64,000 nucleotides of DNA from a bacterium (GCA_030619885.1 JAUXAN010000001.1:75474-139473); one strand, 5' to 3'; positions 19,817 to 31,325 are shown, counted from the stretch's first letter. A program made the numbers and translations. The notes: generated by a model not told the origin, from the sequence alone.

Positions 19817-20936
19817 ACTTGAGAATTTGAAATTTACACCAACCCTTTTGCCAAAGTTAAAAGAGTTTAATATAGATGATTTTACAAGTGGCAAACTGGC
19901 AAAAGCTGCTGTCTTAAGCTACAAAGATAATCATTTTGGTATAAGTCAATGGGTCTCACCTAAAAGAACTCGTAGTTATCCGTATGGAAGAGTTTACGAC
20001 ACGATGAGCCAACAAATTAGGGTTACGATAATCCCGTTTATCAAAGATGAAGGATTTGATGGAGATAGAGATTTTATACAATGGGATACTGTTTCCTTAA
20101 TGAGTTTGCTTAATGTGTATGTGCTACTTGGTTATTATAGGGGGGCTGAGAAAAATCCAAAATATGAGAATAAAATTACGAATCAGGTTTTAGATTATCA
20201 ATATCTAAAAGAACAATTAGATAGGCTCATCAATTACAAGTCAAGTGCATTACATTGGAATTTATTGCAGTTAGATAATTCTTCAGAAGTAGCTCAAAAG
20301 TGTAAAAAGAGGTATCGAGCTATCTCCAAGCGTTTAGGGGTAAAAATGCACAGTAGTGAAGGAGTTGATGAAAGGATTAAAATATTAAAAAAGGGGGTAA
20401 AAGAATTTAAAGACCTATCCCGTGGTTTAGCAACAAAGGCTCAAAACAGGGAATTTCAAACTACTCAACCCAAAGAAAAGGTAATAGGAAAAAAGGCGAA
20501 AATAATAATTCAAAACTATCTTGGTGGATTATATTATCTCACTGTAGATGAAATAAAAATTAAAAATGATAAGCTGTTCTTGATTGAGAAGAAGCATAGT
20601 AAAGATTCTTTATTTCCGAGTATTGCTGACATAAAAGATGGGATTGTAAGAATGATGTTATTTGTTAATTTAGCAGAGACTAAAATTGCGAATAGGTCAG
20701 TCAACCATTTCTCAGTACTCGGGCTAACATCAGCAAAGTTCAAAGGATTTTGTCATAATATTATGTCCGAGCAAAAAATAAAGAATTGTTTATCCAAAAA
20801 TAGTTTTTCGCCACGACAACAAAAGACTATATTATCTGTTTTTAATGAGGGCAAGTTAAATGACTTTCTGGTCTTCCTTATGGACAGTGACAACCCAAAT
20901 TATCAGAATAAGATATTGAACTCTGTTTTGAAGTAA
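19800..20936 (+). CDS. Putative restriction endonuclease (PD-(D/E)XK-like)
   Basis: Overlaps the MTase stop; TVDE...LIEKKH catalytic-like motif; AT-rich. Confidence 0.6.
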   Translation: MEIIAKLENLKFTPTLLPKLKEFNIDDFTSGKLAKAAVLSYKDNHFGISQWVSPKRTRSYPYGRVYDTMSQQIRVTIIPFIKDEGFDGDRDFIQWDTVSLMSLLNVYVLLGYYRGAEKNPKYENKITNQVLDYQYLKEQLDRLINYKSSALHWNLLQLDNSSEVAQKCKKRYRAISKRLGVKMHSSEGVDERIKILKKGVKEFKDLSRGLATKAQNREFQTTQPKEKVIGKKAKIIIQNYLGGLYYLTVDEIKIKNDKLFLIEKKHSKDSLFPSIADIKDGIVRMMLFVNLAETKIANRSVNHFSVLGLTSAKFKGFCHNIMSEQKIKNCLSKNSFSPRQQKTILSVFNEGKLNDFLVFLMDSDNPNYQNKILNSVLK

Positions 20937-21114
20937 CAAGTGATAAGATGTTTTTGCCTTGAAAAGTTGAATACTATTTTGGTTGGCTGATGGGACGGGT
21001 CTCGGAAGTTATTGTATATCAGTGACTTCAGAAATTTTGACCCCTTTCTCCTGTGCTTTATTCTGTGGACTCTGCGGTTAAATTTTTATTGACAAAAATT
21101 TTGCTGTATATATT

Positions 21115-21261
21115 ATGAACTTTGTGAAAGTTAAGCGAACAAGTTTATTTATCCTCTTTATATTTATTGTTCTGTTGGTCTTTGGTATCTTGAGGGGAGA
21201 GTTTAGAGATGTTCTACTTAATGCGATTGTCTTATGTCTTGACTGTATCGGGATCGGATAA
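21115..21261 (+). CDS. CD1871A-family CXXC motif small membrane protein
   Basis: Hydrophobic helix then GEFRDVLLNAIVLCLDCIGIG*; upstream of a 4Fe-4S membrane protein as usual; true start may be GTG at 21124. Confidence 0.88.
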   Translation: MNFVKVKRTSLFILFIFIVLLVFGILRGEFRDVLLNAIVLCLDCIGIG

Positions 21262-21283
21262 TGAGAACTGTGATTCAAATAGT

Positions 21284-21426
21284 AGACACAGATTTACACT
21301 GATGAACCCCACATCAAATTATAGTGCGGGGTGAACACAGATTATAAAAAAATATTCAATCAGTGAACATCTGTGTTAATCTGCGTCTAAAAATACTAAG
21401 TGTCTATCTGTGATAATCAGTGTCTG
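21284..21426. repeat. GxxExxY-type inverted-repeat element with nested palindrome
   Basis: GACACAGATTTACACTGATGAAC ... ATCAGTGAACATCTGTGTTAATCTGCGTC. Confidence 0.6.
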
Positions 21427-21433
21427 AATTGCA

Positions 21434-22225
21434 ATGATGAGAAGGAGAATATTTCAAATACTTGGAACTATAATTCCTAACTCTTACTTCGGTGCCTTTA
21501 CTGGAAAACTCATCTATCAGGGAAATTTGAAAAGCTTCTGTGTGCCTTCTCTCAACTGTTATGCCTGCCCTCTGGCACTTTTTTCCTGTCCAATTGGCAC
21601 TTTGCAGCATTTCATAATAATAAGGCAGATTCCTTTCTATACGATTGGCATTTTGGGGGTTACAGGTGCTGTAGTAGGGAGAATGGTGTGCGGATGGATA
21701 TGTCCTTTTGGATTTCTGCAGGATATTCTCTATCGCATACGCTCTTTCAAGATTAAAATCCCATCAAAACTCTCCTATCTGAAATATGTCTCTTTGATTT
21801 TCGTAGTCGGAGTAATTGTATTTTTCACCCAAGAATCGTGGTTTTGCAAGTTATGTCCACAGGGGGCACTCCAGGCGGGTATCCCTCTGGTTATAGCAAG
21901 TGAAGAGATTAGGAACCTCATAGGTGGATTTTTTGTTTTGAAACTCTCCATATTGGCTGGGTTTTTATTCCTCTTCGTCATTTCAAAGCGACCTTTTTGC
22001 AGACTATTCTGTCCTTTAGGTGCCATCTACTCCCTGTTCAACCGTATCAGTTTAGTTAGATTGAAATTCGATGAGAACTTATGTACCAGGTGTAATGAAT
22101 GTGTTACAAGTTGTCCTGCTGACATAGTTCCGTATACCTCGCTCAACTCATCTGACTGTATAATGTGCTGGGGATGTATGCGGATATGCCCTGAAAAGGC
22201 AATCAGCTCCGAATTTGAATTCTAA
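21434..22225 (+). CDS. 4Fe-4S binding membrane protein (NapH/YccM-like polyferredoxin)
   Basis: NCYACP, CGWICPFG, FCKLCP, FCRLFCPLG and two CxxCxxCxxxCP motifs. Confidence 0.9.
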   Translation: MMRRRIFQILGTIIPNSYFGAFTGKLIYQGNLKSFCVPSLNCYACPLALFSCPIGTLQHFIIIRQIPFYTIGILGVTGAVVGRMVCGWICPFGFLQDILYRIRSFKIKIPSKLSYLKYVSLIFVVGVIVFFTQESWFCKLCPQGALQAGIPLVIASEEIRNLIGGFFVLKLSILAGFLFLFVISKRPFCRLFCPLGAIYSLFNRISLVRLKFDENLCTRCNECVTSCPADIVPYTSLNSSDCIMCWGCMRICPEKAISSEFEF

Positions 22226-22335
22226 AATTCTATAGGAAAAATCTGCGTTAATCTGTGGTTGCTTTTCTCTTGACTAATGAACTTCTATTTTGTAAAGTTT
22301 TGAAGCATTTTTTAGAAATCATTTAGGGAGGTTAT

Positions 22336-23619
22336 ATGAAGATAGGCGTTATTGGAACAGGTTATGTTGGACTTACCACAGGCATCTGCCTTGCAGAACT
22401 CGGGAATAAAGTCTGTTGTGTGGATAAGAAAAAGAGAAAGATTGAAGACTTGAAGAAGGGGAAAATACCGATATACGAACCCGGCTTAAAGGAGTTATTA
22501 GATAAGAACAAAAGCCGAGTCTCATTCACCACTGATACGAAAAAGTGCGTAGAGAGTGCAGAGGTGATATATATTGCAGTGGGCACACCAGCAAAACCAA
22601 CAGGGGAAGCCGATATTACACAGATAGAGGAGGTATCGAGGGATATCGCCGGGGTACTCAACGACTACAAGGTGATAGTTGAAAAATCAACCGTGCCTGT
22701 CAAGACTGGTGAGTGGGTAAAACGCACCATAAAGTTGAATGTACCACAAGAGGTGGATTTTGATGTAGTTTCAAACCCAGAATTTTTAAGGGAGGGTTCG
22801 GCAATTGATGATTTTCTTCATCCTGACCGTATTTTATTGGGGGTCGAATCAAAGAGGGCAAAGAATATTATGATGGAACTTTACAAACCTCTCAATGCTC
22901 CCTTTGTTATAACCGATATAAAGAGCGCGGAGATTATCAAACACGCTGCAAACTCATTCCTGGCATTGAAAATCTCTTATATCAACGCCATAGCAAATAT
23001 CTGTGAACTGGTCAATGCCGATGTGATCTCCGTTGCAGAGGGTATGGGTTATGATAAACGTATAGGTAGACAATTTTTAGATGCGGGGATTGGATACGGA
23101 GGTTCCTGCTTTCCCAAGGATGTCTCCGCTTTCATCAAGATCACTGAGGAGTTTGGATATGATTTTGAACTGTTAAAGATAGTCGAAAAGATAAATAGAG
23201 AGCAGAGAAAGAATTTTATACTAAAGATTAAAAAGAGTCTTTGGATACTGAAGAATAAAACTATATGCGTTCTGGGACTCTCATTTAAGCCCAATACGGA
23301 TGATATACGAGAGGCACCATCCATAGATATAATAGAAGCTCTATTAAAAGAGGGAGCAAAGATCAAGGCATACGACCCAGCAGCAGTTGCAAGGACAAGG
23401 GAGATATTTAAGGAGATTGATTATAAAGACAATCCTTACGATGCCGCATCCGAGTCCGATGCACTTTTAATCCTCACAGAATGGGACGAGTTTAAAAATC
23501 TCGACCTCAAGAAGATAAAGGAAGTAATGCATCAACCCATCATTGTTGACGGGAGAAATATATTCGATCCGAAGAAGATGGCGGAGATGGGGTTCACTTA
23601 CGCGAGTATCGGGCGGTAA
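22336..23619 (+). CDS. ugd: UDP-glucose 6-dehydrogenase
   Basis: [32 protein letters not shown]. Confidence 0.95.
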   Translation: MKIGVIGTGYVGLTTGICLAELGNKVCCVDKKKRKIEDLKKGKIPIYEPGLKELLDKNKSRVSFTTDTKKCVESAEVIYIAVGTPAKPTGEADITQIEEVSRDIAGVLNDYKVIVEKSTVPVKTGEWVKRTIKLNVPQEVDFDVVSNPEFLREGSAIDDFLHPDRILLGVESKRAKNIMMELYKPLNAPFVITDIKSAEIIKHAANSFLALKISYINAIANICELVNADVISVAEGMGYDKRIGRQFLDAGIGYGGSCFPKDVSAFIKITEEFGYDFELLKIVEKINREQRKNFILKIKKSLWILKNKTICVLGLSFKPNTDDIREAPSIDIIEALLKEGAKIKAYDPAAVARTREIFKEIDYKDNPYDAASESDALLILTEWDEFKNLDLKKIKEVMHQPIIVDGRNIFDPKKMAEMGFTYASIGR

Positions 23620-23621
23620 TT

Positions 23622-24551
23622 ATGGAGAGGGCACTGATAACAGGTGGAGCAGGGTTCATAGGGTCTCATCTATGCGACTTCCTCCTCGGAGAAGGATACG
23701 AGGTTATATGTCTCGATAACCTTATAACGGGCAGCACGGATAATATAGCCCACCTATTGGGGAAAAAGCATTTTACATTCATACATTACGATGTGACGAA
23801 ATATATCTTCATACAGGGACCCCTCGACTATATCCTCCATTTTGCCTCTCCAGCCAGCCCGATAGACTATCTCCATTATCCGATACAGACATTAAAGGTA
23901 GGCTCTCTCGGCACACACAACGCTCTGGGTCTTGCCAAGAATAAAAATGCACGATTTCTCTTGGCTTCTACCTCTGAGATATATGGTGACCCAAAAGTGA
24001 ATCCCCAAAGAGAAGACTATTGGGGAAATGTGAACCCGATTGGACCAAGGGGCGTATACGATGAGGCGAAGAGATTTGCCGAGGCGATGACGATGGCTTA
24101 TCAGAGATATCACAAGTTGGATACAAGGATAGCAAGAATATTTAATACATACGGACCGCGGATGAGAAAGAAGGATGGGAGGGCAATTCCTGCATTCGTA
24201 GACCAGGCATTGAGCGGAGAAGACCTGACAGTATTTGGAGATGGTAGTCAGACGAGGAGTTTCTGTTACATATCGGATATGATAAAAGGCATCTACAAAC
24301 TGATGGTTTCAAAAATCTCTACACCTGTGAATCTTGGAAATCCAGATGAGATCTCTATCAAAGAACTTGCAGAACTTGTCCTGAAATTGACGAAGACCAA
24401 GATTAAAATAATTACCTCTCCACTTCCAACCGATGACCCAAAGGTGAGGAGACCCGACATAAAATTAGCCAAAGAAAAATTAAAGTGGGAACCAGAGCTG
24501 ACTCTACATGATGGTCTGAAATTGACAATAGACTGGTTCTCAAAGAAATGA
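23622..24551 (+). CDS. UDP-glucuronate decarboxylase (UDP-xylose synthase)
   Basis: [48 protein letters not shown]. Confidence 0.92.
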   Translation: MERALITGGAGFIGSHLCDFLLGEGYEVICLDNLITGSTDNIAHLLGKKHFTFIHYDVTKYIFIQGPLDYILHFASPASPIDYLHYPIQTLKVGSLGTHNALGLAKNKNARFLLASTSEIYGDPKVNPQREDYWGNVNPIGPRGVYDEAKRFAEAMTMAYQRYHKLDTRIARIFNTYGPRMRKKDGRAIPAFVDQALSGEDLTVFGDGSQTRSFCYISDMIKGIYKLMVSKISTPVNLGNPDEISIKELAELVLKLTKTKIKIITSPLPTDDPKVRRPDIKLAKEKLKWEPELTLHDGLKLTIDWFSKK

Positions 24552-25675
24552 GGAAAATTCTATTTTTTGACCATACATCTATCCTTAGTGGGGGCGAGAG
24601 GAGTCTTTTAGATATTCTAATACATCTCGACCAGCACAGATTCAAGTCTATCCTCGTAATTCCGCAGAAGGGACCACTTTATGCAAAGGCAAGGAAAGTC
24701 GGTGCAGAGGTCATAATCTTACCCATCTGTGAACGGCTTTTAAAGAAGAGAAGAGAAGAGGTGAGCTTTTTCAGTATCTTTGATATGATTGAATTTTTAA
24801 AGGCATCATTTCGGTTAAAATGTATAGTGAAAACTGAACACCCTCATGTAATTCACACAAATTCACAGAAGGCACATCTTCTGAGTATCATCCCATCGCT
24901 TATTACGAACACCCCCCTGGTGTGGCAATTCAGGGATATACTGGAACAGCGTTTCTTAAAAAAAGTCGTATGTGGTGCAGGTATTATCTTCACACGTCGG
25001 ATAATAGCCATATCCGATGCGGTAAAAAACCAATTTAAAATGTTTAACTCTGTGCCTGATAAGGTAGTGCGAATCTACAACGGGGTAGAATTACCAAGGA
25101 GTGGTTTCAACCGATGTAGAAAAAGAAATATTCATATAGGTCAGATCGGACAGATTGCAAGGTGGAAGGGGCAGAAATATTTCATAGAGGCTGCAAGATT
25201 GTTGAAGAAAAACGAAGATTTACTCTTTTACATCATTGGCGATGTGTTATTCTGGGATGAGGAGTATAAAAATGAACTTTTGAATTCAGTAAAAAAGTAT
25301 AATTTAGAAAAGAGGGTAATTTTTACAGGACAGATGGATGATATAGGAAAGCTAATAGAGAAATTGGATATAGTTGTCCACCCCTCTGTGGAGCCAGAGC
25401 CATTCGGTATGGTTTTGATAGAAGCGATGAGCAGGGGGAAGCCTGTCGTAGTGAGTCGTATAGGCGCGGTCCCTGAAATCGTTACTGACGGTAAGACAGG
25501 CTTACTCGTCCCTCCAGGAAATAGTGTAGCGATAAAAGAGGCGATTGAAAACTTGATAAGAGATAAAAGGTTATACAGGTATTTGAGCAGAAATGGACCA
25601 AAGGTAGTAGCCGAAAGATTTCAGATAAGCGAAACAGTAAAGAAAATCGAACATCTATACGCCGATATACTCTAA
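24548..25675 (+). CDS. Glycosyltransferase family 4
   Basis: [21 protein letters not shown]. Confidence 0.92.
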   Translation: MRKILFFDHTSILSGGERSLLDILIHLDQHRFKSILVIPQKGPLYAKARKVGAEVIILPICERLLKKRREEVSFFSIFDMIEFLKASFRLKCIVKTEHPHVIHTNSQKAHLLSIIPSLITNTPLVWQFRDILEQRFLKKVVCGAGIIFTRRIIAISDAVKNQFKMFNSVPDKVVRIYNGVELPRSGFNRCRKRNIHIGQIGQIARWKGQKYFIEAARLLKKNEDLLFYIIGDVLFWDEEYKNELLNSVKKYNLEKRVIFTGQMDDIGKLIEKLDIVVHPSVEPEPFGMVLIEAMSRGKPVVVSRIGAVPEIVTDGKTGLLVPPGNSVAIKEAIENLIRDKRLYRYLSRNGPKVVAERFQISETVKKIEHLYADIL

Positions 25676-25936
25676 GAAATATTCTTTTCTTCGCTCTTCT
25701 GTATATTCGGTCTTCCATCCTTACTTCTTTTCGCGCAGTATTTCGGGTCGTGATGCCCTCCCATGCGGGTCGTATGACCCATTTCAAGACCTTTTCAAAC
25801 AAAAGTTTGGTAACGATGTAAAAATACTATATTTTCTACAAAAAGAGTCCCCTTGGTTGACATTACCGTCTACAATTCCTACTTGACAAATATTTTTTAT
25901 TTTGTATTATTTTTGCAATGCAAAAAAAGAGGGATT

Positions 25937-26383
25937 TTGTTAAGAGTAATCAAAAAGTATTCAAATAGAAGATTGAATGATACGATTGCAAGGAAGATGG
26001 TGAACCTTTCAGATGTAGCTTCTTTGATAAAAAAGGGGAAAAGTTTTAAAGTGGTTGAAGATAAGACAGGAAGAGACCTAACAGATGTGACACTCGTGCA
26101 GATAGTACTCGAGAAGATTAAAAAGAGCAAAAAACTCATCTGTTCGGATGTGTTTATGAAGGAATTGATAAAGACTGGAAGATTAACCGTAGGAAACTTT
26201 TTAAAAACTTCTTTGCAGTCCAGTATTGAAATGTTATCATCAGCAGAAAGAAGGACAAAGGGGATGGTCTGCAAAAGGGAAGACCTGGAAGAGATCAAAG
26301 ACAAGATAGAAGCGCTAAACCGAAAGATAGATATGCTCCTCGCCAGAGCAGTATATGAGATTGAGGATGGTCCAGTTTCTTAA
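25937..26383 (+). CDS. PhaR-like (PHB_acc_N) DNA-binding protein
   Basis: RVIKKYSNRRLND...KTGRDLTDVTLVQI; TTG start after GAGGGA. Confidence 0.75.
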   Translation: MLRVIKKYSNRRLNDTIARKMVNLSDVASLIKKGKSFKVVEDKTGRDLTDVTLVQIVLEKIKKSKKLICSDVFMKELIKTGRLTVGNFLKTSLQSSIEMLSSAERRTKGMVCKREDLEEIKDKIEALNRKIDMLLARAVYEIEDGPVS

Positions 26384-26613
26384 CAATATAAAATATAAAA
26401 CTGCGGAGAAATCATCGGAGAAGATTGTAGATCTATTTGTTAATGACTTCGAAGAAAATATTAAAAAGATAATCTCATTAATTCCTCACTAGGAGGTGCA
26501 ATCTCAGATGCAAAGGATGCTGGGCAGGAATGTACAAGGTTGCAGATGATATGCAAAGGGCGGCTCTAATATATATGACAGAGCATGGAAAAATGGCGAC
26601 TATGCGAAGATAA
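26367..26613 (+). pseudogene. Radical SAM gene remnant
   Basis: TRRCNLRCKGCWAGMY (CxxxCxxC at 26497-26520) in a short stop-bounded frame, out of frame with the upstream fragment. Confidence 0.65.
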
Positions 26614-26625
26614 CGATTTGAGCAA

Positions 26626-27549
26626 ATGATTATTGACAAAAGAGAAATAAAAAAAGTAAGGTTGATTCTAAATCCTATTGCAGGAACATCTAATAATCTA
26701 CGGCGACTTTTAAGACGGATTAAAACTGAACTCAATACAGCAGACCCAGATTTGCAGTTAAAAATTTCTTTGACTGGGGATAGCGGAGATGCTCTTCTAT
26801 TTGCTAAAGAAGCGGTGGAAAAAGGGTATGAAATGGTTATTACTGTAGGGGGCGATGGCACGATAAATGAAGTAGTAAATGGGCTCGTCGGCTCGAATAC
26901 AATTCTTGGGGCTATACCACTGGGAACAGCGAATGTCTTCGCAGAAGAATTGGGGATTCCAATCAATATAGAGGGAGCATGTAAATTACTGTTAACAGGA
27001 AGGATACATCGGGTCGATCTGGGAAAGATTGAAGATAGATATTTCTTATGGATAGCAGGAATTGGACTGGATGCCTATATTGCTGAACACCTTGCTCCGA
27101 TTGAGAAAGAAAACCTCGGTATCTTCGCCTATTTTTTCTTTGCACTGCGTCAGCTGAGAAAACTCAAATCCTATCAGGTGAAAATTAGAATAAATGGAAA
27201 AAGTGTTACAAGAGACGCATTGTGCATAATCGTTGGCAATGCTGCCTCATACAGCAGTCCATTAGAAATCTCTGCTTTGAGTAGTATTTCAGATGGTTAT
27301 CTGGACATCTTATTATTTAAGAGACTGACACTTTCTGGGATATTTCGGAGTATCTTCTGGTTTACCGTTGGGCGGCGAACATATTATCGGGATGTAAAAT
27401 ATTTTGATATAGAATACTTCAAGGTGAAAGACGCATTCATAGATACATATCCAAAAGCACTGGCGCACGCAGATGGTGAGGTAGTTGGGACTGTTCCTGT
27501 AGATGTAACCATTTCCCCAAAGTCCCTTTCAATAATATTGCCTGATTAG
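26626..27549 (+). CDS. Diacylglycerol/lipid kinase family (YegS/DagK)
   Basis: ILNPIAG, GGDGTINEV, PLGTANVFA, DGE. Confidence 0.92.
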   Translation: MIIDKREIKKVRLILNPIAGTSNNLRRLLRRIKTELNTADPDLQLKISLTGDSGDALLFAKEAVEKGYEMVITVGGDGTINEVVNGLVGSNTILGAIPLGTANVFAEELGIPINIEGACKLLLTGRIHRVDLGKIEDRYFLWIAGIGLDAYIAEHLAPIEKENLGIFAYFFFALRQLRKLKSYQVKIRINGKSVTRDALCIIVGNAASYSSPLEISALSSISDGYLDILLFKRLTLSGIFRSIFWFTVGRRTYYRDVKYFDIEYFKVKDAFIDTYPKALAHADGEVVGTVPVDVTISPKSLSIILPD

Positions 27550-27938
27550 TCCCCATCTCTATCTCCCTTTTTTGAAATGGTTTTTGCAAAAATTCCCCCT
27601 CTTGGAGACCATTCGATCTCAAGGATAAGCCACTCTGGTTCGCAGGTTTTATAAAGTTTATCTGCTATCTCCTCAGTAACATATTCCTGCCAATTCCTTT
27701 TGTTTCTCCAGGCTCTAAGATAATCTCTGACAGATTTGCTTTCCAATATTTTATCTTTTGGTTTATATTTTATTCTGACAATCCCCTGGTCATGTCTTTC
27801 TGAAACTGGGCACATGCATTGAAATTCAGGATATTCCCATTCTACTGCAGGTTTATGGCCTTTTGTAGGGAATGTGGTCAATTCGCAATCTTCAACGATT
27901 TCAGTTTTAGCTGATGATGCTTTAGAATAGTCTGTCAT
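27546..27938 (-). CDS. queF: QueF-family (preQ0 reductase-like) T-fold protein, divergent
   Basis: PEFQCMCP..D, ESKSVRDY, PRGGI. Confidence 0.75.
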   Translation of the reverse strand: MTDYSKASSAKTEIVEDCELTTFPTKGHKPAVEWEYPEFQCMCPVSERHDQGIVRIKYKPKDKILESKSVRDYLRAWRNKRNWQEYVTEEIADKLYKTCEPEWLILEIEWSPRGGIFAKTISKKGDRDGD

Positions 27939-29624
27939 TTAATCCGTATTTTTGATTTCTATAAAACCTTGCAGAAGTTTTGCCCTCACAGGATGCCTCA
28001 ATTTCTTCAACGCCTTTGCCTCAATCTGCCTCACCCTCTCCCTTGTAACATTGAAATAGGTTCCCACTTCTTCGAGGGTTCTCGGACACCCATCTACTAA
28101 TCCATATCTCAAATTTATTATCTTCGCTTCTCTTTTTGTTAAAGTATCGAGGGCTTTATTCAACCTTTCAAATAAGAGCATTCTATCTGCAGATTCAGTG
28201 GGTGTCTTTACTTTATTATCCTGTATGAAATCACCTATGTGACTGTCGTCATCATCCCCAACAGGTTTGTCCAGAGAGAGGGTATCCTGAGCTATACGGA
28301 AGACATTTTTCACATGCTCAACGGGAACAGAGAGATCATTCGCAATCTCTTCAGTGGTAGGACTTCTCCCGTACTTGTGTGTCAGTTTTCTCGAAGTTCT
28401 GGCAATCTTATTTATTGCCTCTATCATATGGATTGGGACACGGATAGTTCTCGACTGATCTGCAATCGCCCTGGTAATAGACTGACGAATCCACCAGGTA
28501 GCATAGGTGCTGAATTTATACCCTTTCTTATAATCGAATCTCTCTACCGCTTTCATAAGCCCACTGTTTCCTTCCTGTACCAGATCTAAAAACTCCAGTC
28601 CCCTCGTCATATATTTCTTTGCAATACTTATCACCAATCTCGCATTGGCTTTTACCATCTCCTGTCTTATCTCCTCTATCTTCTTCTCCAATCCTTGTAA
28701 CTCTGCAAGTTTCTCTTCCGCCTCACTGAAGGGAAACCCGAGTTTCCGTTCGATAGATTTTATATTACCGTTTGCAATCCTCATCTCTTTAATCAATGAC
28801 ATAATCTTTTTCCACTTCATCAAAAATTTTTTTTCGTAAGACCTTATGTCCTTTTTCTTTCTGGAAAGGTTCAGAAATTCCTGTGGAGTCAGGTTAAATC
28901 TTTCTGCACAGTCTCTGATAAGATGAGCGTTCTTTTCAATTTCTGCCACATACTTCTCAAGAGACCTTATCACCCTTTTGTGCTGCTTTAAATGAATCTT
29001 CAGTTTATACAACTTTGAGAAAGTGCGCTGTCGCAGATTTTTCACCTTTGTTTCGAGCCCTTTCTTTCTTTTCACTTTTGTTTTTTTTAGAGCCCTCTCG
29101 GCTTTCGAAAGTTCGCGGGCTTCCCTCTTCACTGTCTTTATGACCCGAACTATCTTGTGCCTCTCCCTCCAGCCTGTGTACCTTGGTCCCCATCTGCTCG
29201 TATCCACATGAACAAATTCGTCAACCTGCATAAAACATTTCTTCAGCATTCGCTCGATTGAAAGCAATTCTGCTGTAAGACCAGGAGAGGTGTATATCAT
29301 ATTCATTATTCTATCTTTCCCATTTTCAATTCTTTTCCCGAGTTCGAGTTCTTCCTCTCTCGATAGAAGGGAGACTTTGCCCATATCTCTCAGATAAAGT
29401 CTGACAGGGTCATCAAATTTTATTTCTGCGGAATGTTTATTTTTAGACACGGTTTTTTTCTCTTCTATCACCTTGACACCTGATTCCTTCATTTGAGCAA
29501 GGATTTTATCCATCTCTTCAGAAGAGAGTGTATGTTTGGGAAGAAAATCATTTATTTCTGTGTATGTGATCTCTCCCCTGGATTTTGCAAAGTTTATTAG
29601 TTTCTGGTAAGCCTCTTCTTCCAT
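27939..29624 (-). CDS. rpoD: RNA polymerase primary sigma factor
   Basis: Region 1.1, [37 protein letters not shown]. Confidence 0.97.
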   Translation of the reverse strand: MEEEAYQKLINFAKSRGEITYTEINDFLPKHTLSSEEMDKILAQMKESGVKVIEEKKTVSKNKHSAEIKFDDPVRLYLRDMGKVSLLSREEELELGKRIENGKDRIMNMIYTSPGLTAELLSIERMLKKCFMQVDEFVHVDTSRWGPRYTGWRERHKIVRVIKTVKREARELSKAERALKKTKVKRKKGLETKVKNLRQRTFSKLYKLKIHLKQHKRVIRSLEKYVAEIEKNAHLIRDCAERFNLTPQEFLNLSRKKKDIRSYEKKFLMKWKKIMSLIKEMRIANGNIKSIERKLGFPFSEAEEKLAELQGLEKKIEEIRQEMVKANARLVISIAKKYMTRGLEFLDLVQEGNSGLMKAVERFDYKKGYKFSTYATWWIRQSITRAIADQSRTIRVPIHMIEAINKIARTSRKLTHKYGRSPTTEEIANDLSVPVEHVKNVFRIAQDTLSLDKPVGDDDDSHIGDFIQDNKVKTPTESADRMLLFERLNKALDTLTKREAKIINLRYGLVDGCPRTLEEVGTYFNVTRERVRQIEAKALKKLRHPVRAKLLQGFIEIKNTD

Positions 29625-31325
29625 CTATCCTCCTTCTAATTTTATATGAGACAGTTGATCATACTCTCTTAACAGTTCATAGTCAACAACACCTTCAGAA
29701 TCCTTCCTCTCTATCTCATTTTTGAGTTCTTTCAACCTTCTTTCAACGCTCATCTTTCTTATTTTCAGTATATAATCCTCTACGACATCCGAATCCTCTA
29801 CTTCTGTTTCCTCAAAAACTGCTTCTGAGAGGAGCCTTTTTGCTCGGTCATCTTTTAAAAAACTCATCGCATCCGCTACTTTGAAGTCCTTTTTGTCAAA
29901 TAAGATTTTAGCAATCTGTTGAGTCGGGGCTGAAGAAAAATCTTCTACTACAAGGGATGTTTTTACTTTTTCTAAAATTTTTGGCTTCTTAAAAGCAAGG
30001 ACAAATAGACTGATTTCTACTTTCGGAATACCTTCTTTTGTTGGAGATTTTACCCTGATGGTTGCTGAATGATTTTTTATAATTTTAGAACGTATTGTCT
30101 TTTCAGTGACCCCGAAATTTTTTGCCACTTCTTTGATCCAGAGGTCCTGTTTCAATTCATCTGTGATTTTACTCAATGAACTGCAGATGGCTTTTATCAG
30201 TTTTGTCTTACTAGGAACATCCATTTCTTCTATTTTTTTAGATCCAATTTTGAAATCTATAAAATTTTTTGATTCCCTCGTCCTCTTCTCATAAGCATCT
30301 TTTCCTTCCTTTCTTACGAATGAATCGGGGTCGTCGCCTTCAGGAAGGTTTATTACCTTTACATCAACATTTGCTTCTAATAGAATATCTATACTTCTGT
30401 TTGTAGCTTCCATTCCTGCTGCGTCAGAATCGAAGGATAGAAAGATAGTCGAAACATACCTTGAGATTAAGTTGGCCTGGTTTGGAGTCAAGGCGGTTCC
30501 GCAGGTAGCAACACAATAGTCAATACCATTAGCATAAAGGGATATGAAATCTGTATATCCTTCTACAATGATTGCAGCATTTCTTTTTCTTATTTCAGAT
30601 TTGGTAAATGCGAGTCCATAGAGAGTCTTTCCTTTTTTATAGATAGGGGTTTCAGGCGAGTTGAGATATTTGGGAGTAGCGTTTCCAAGCGACCTTCCCC
30701 CAAATCCTATCACCCTTTTAGAAAGGTCGAAGATGGGAAAGATTATTCTTCCCCTGAATCTATCGTATACACTATTTTTAGAAGATATGATCAGACCTGC
30801 CTCTTCAAGGAGCTTCACTGAGAAAGAATTTTTTTGGCCTGCATTCAAAAGAGTATCCCATCCATCAGGTGCGTAACCCAGTTGAAGTTTTTCGATCAAC
30901 ACTGGAGTGATCCCTCTTGCTTTTAAGCGGTCCATCACTTTTGGATTTTTCTTTAAAATACCGTTGTAATATCTGCACGCGAAATCGTTTACTGCAAAAA
31001 GTTCATCGTATTTCCCCTTTTCTTTCTGAAAAGATGAGATGTGGACTCCAACTCTATTTGCTAAAAATTTTACGCTCTCAGGAAAACTCATCTTTTCAAA
31101 ATCCATTAAAAATGTGAAAGCATTGCCACTTTTCAGACATCCAAAACAGTGAAAGATCTGTCTTTCAGGGCTCACATAGAAAGAAGGGGATGTCTCTTTA
31201 TGAAATGGGCAGAGGGTTCTATAGTACTTGCCTACCTTCTTCAATGGGAGATATTCTGATACGAGTGAAACTATGTCTGTACGTTCCCTAACCTCATCTA
31301 TGAGCTCTTTTTTTATTCCATTCAT
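29625..31325 (-). CDS. dnaG: DNA primase
   Basis: CPFHKE...CFGC, PKYLNSPET, VEGYTD, FDSDAAG; start at 31325 overlaps the mutS2 stop. Confidence 0.97.
   Translation of the reverse strand: MNGIKKELIDEVRERTDIVSLVSEYLPLKKVGKYYRTLCPFHKETSPSFYVSPERQIFHCFGCLKSGNAFTFLMDFEKMSFPESVKFLANRVGVHISSFQKEKGKYDELFAVNDFACRYYNGILKKNPKVMDRLKARGITPVLIEKLQLGYAPDGWDTLLNAGQKNSFSVKLLEEAGLIISSKNSVYDRFRGRIIFPIFDLSKRVIGFGGRSLGNATPKYLNSPETPIYKKGKTLYGLAFTKSEIRKRNAAIIVEGYTDFISLYANGIDYCVATCGTALTPNQANLISRYVSTIFLSFDSDAAGMEATNRSIDILLEANVDVKVINLPEGDDPDSFVRKEGKDAYEKRTRESKNFIDFKIGSKKIEEMDVPSKTKLIKAICSSLSKITDELKQDLWIKEVAKNFGVTEKTIRSKIIKNHSATIRVKSPTKEGIPKVEISLFVLAFKKPKILEKVKTSLVVEDFSSAPTQQIAKILFDKKDFKVADAMSFLKDDRAKRLLSEAVFEETEVEDSDVVEDYILKIRKMSVERRLKELKNEIERKDSEGVVDYELLREYDQLSHIKLEGG

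Noticed and set aside
26488-26492. TAG read-through (pyrrolysine or recoding) joining the radical SAM fragments
   Set aside because: The CxxxCxxC motif is in a different frame, and TAG serves as a normal stop in several core genes
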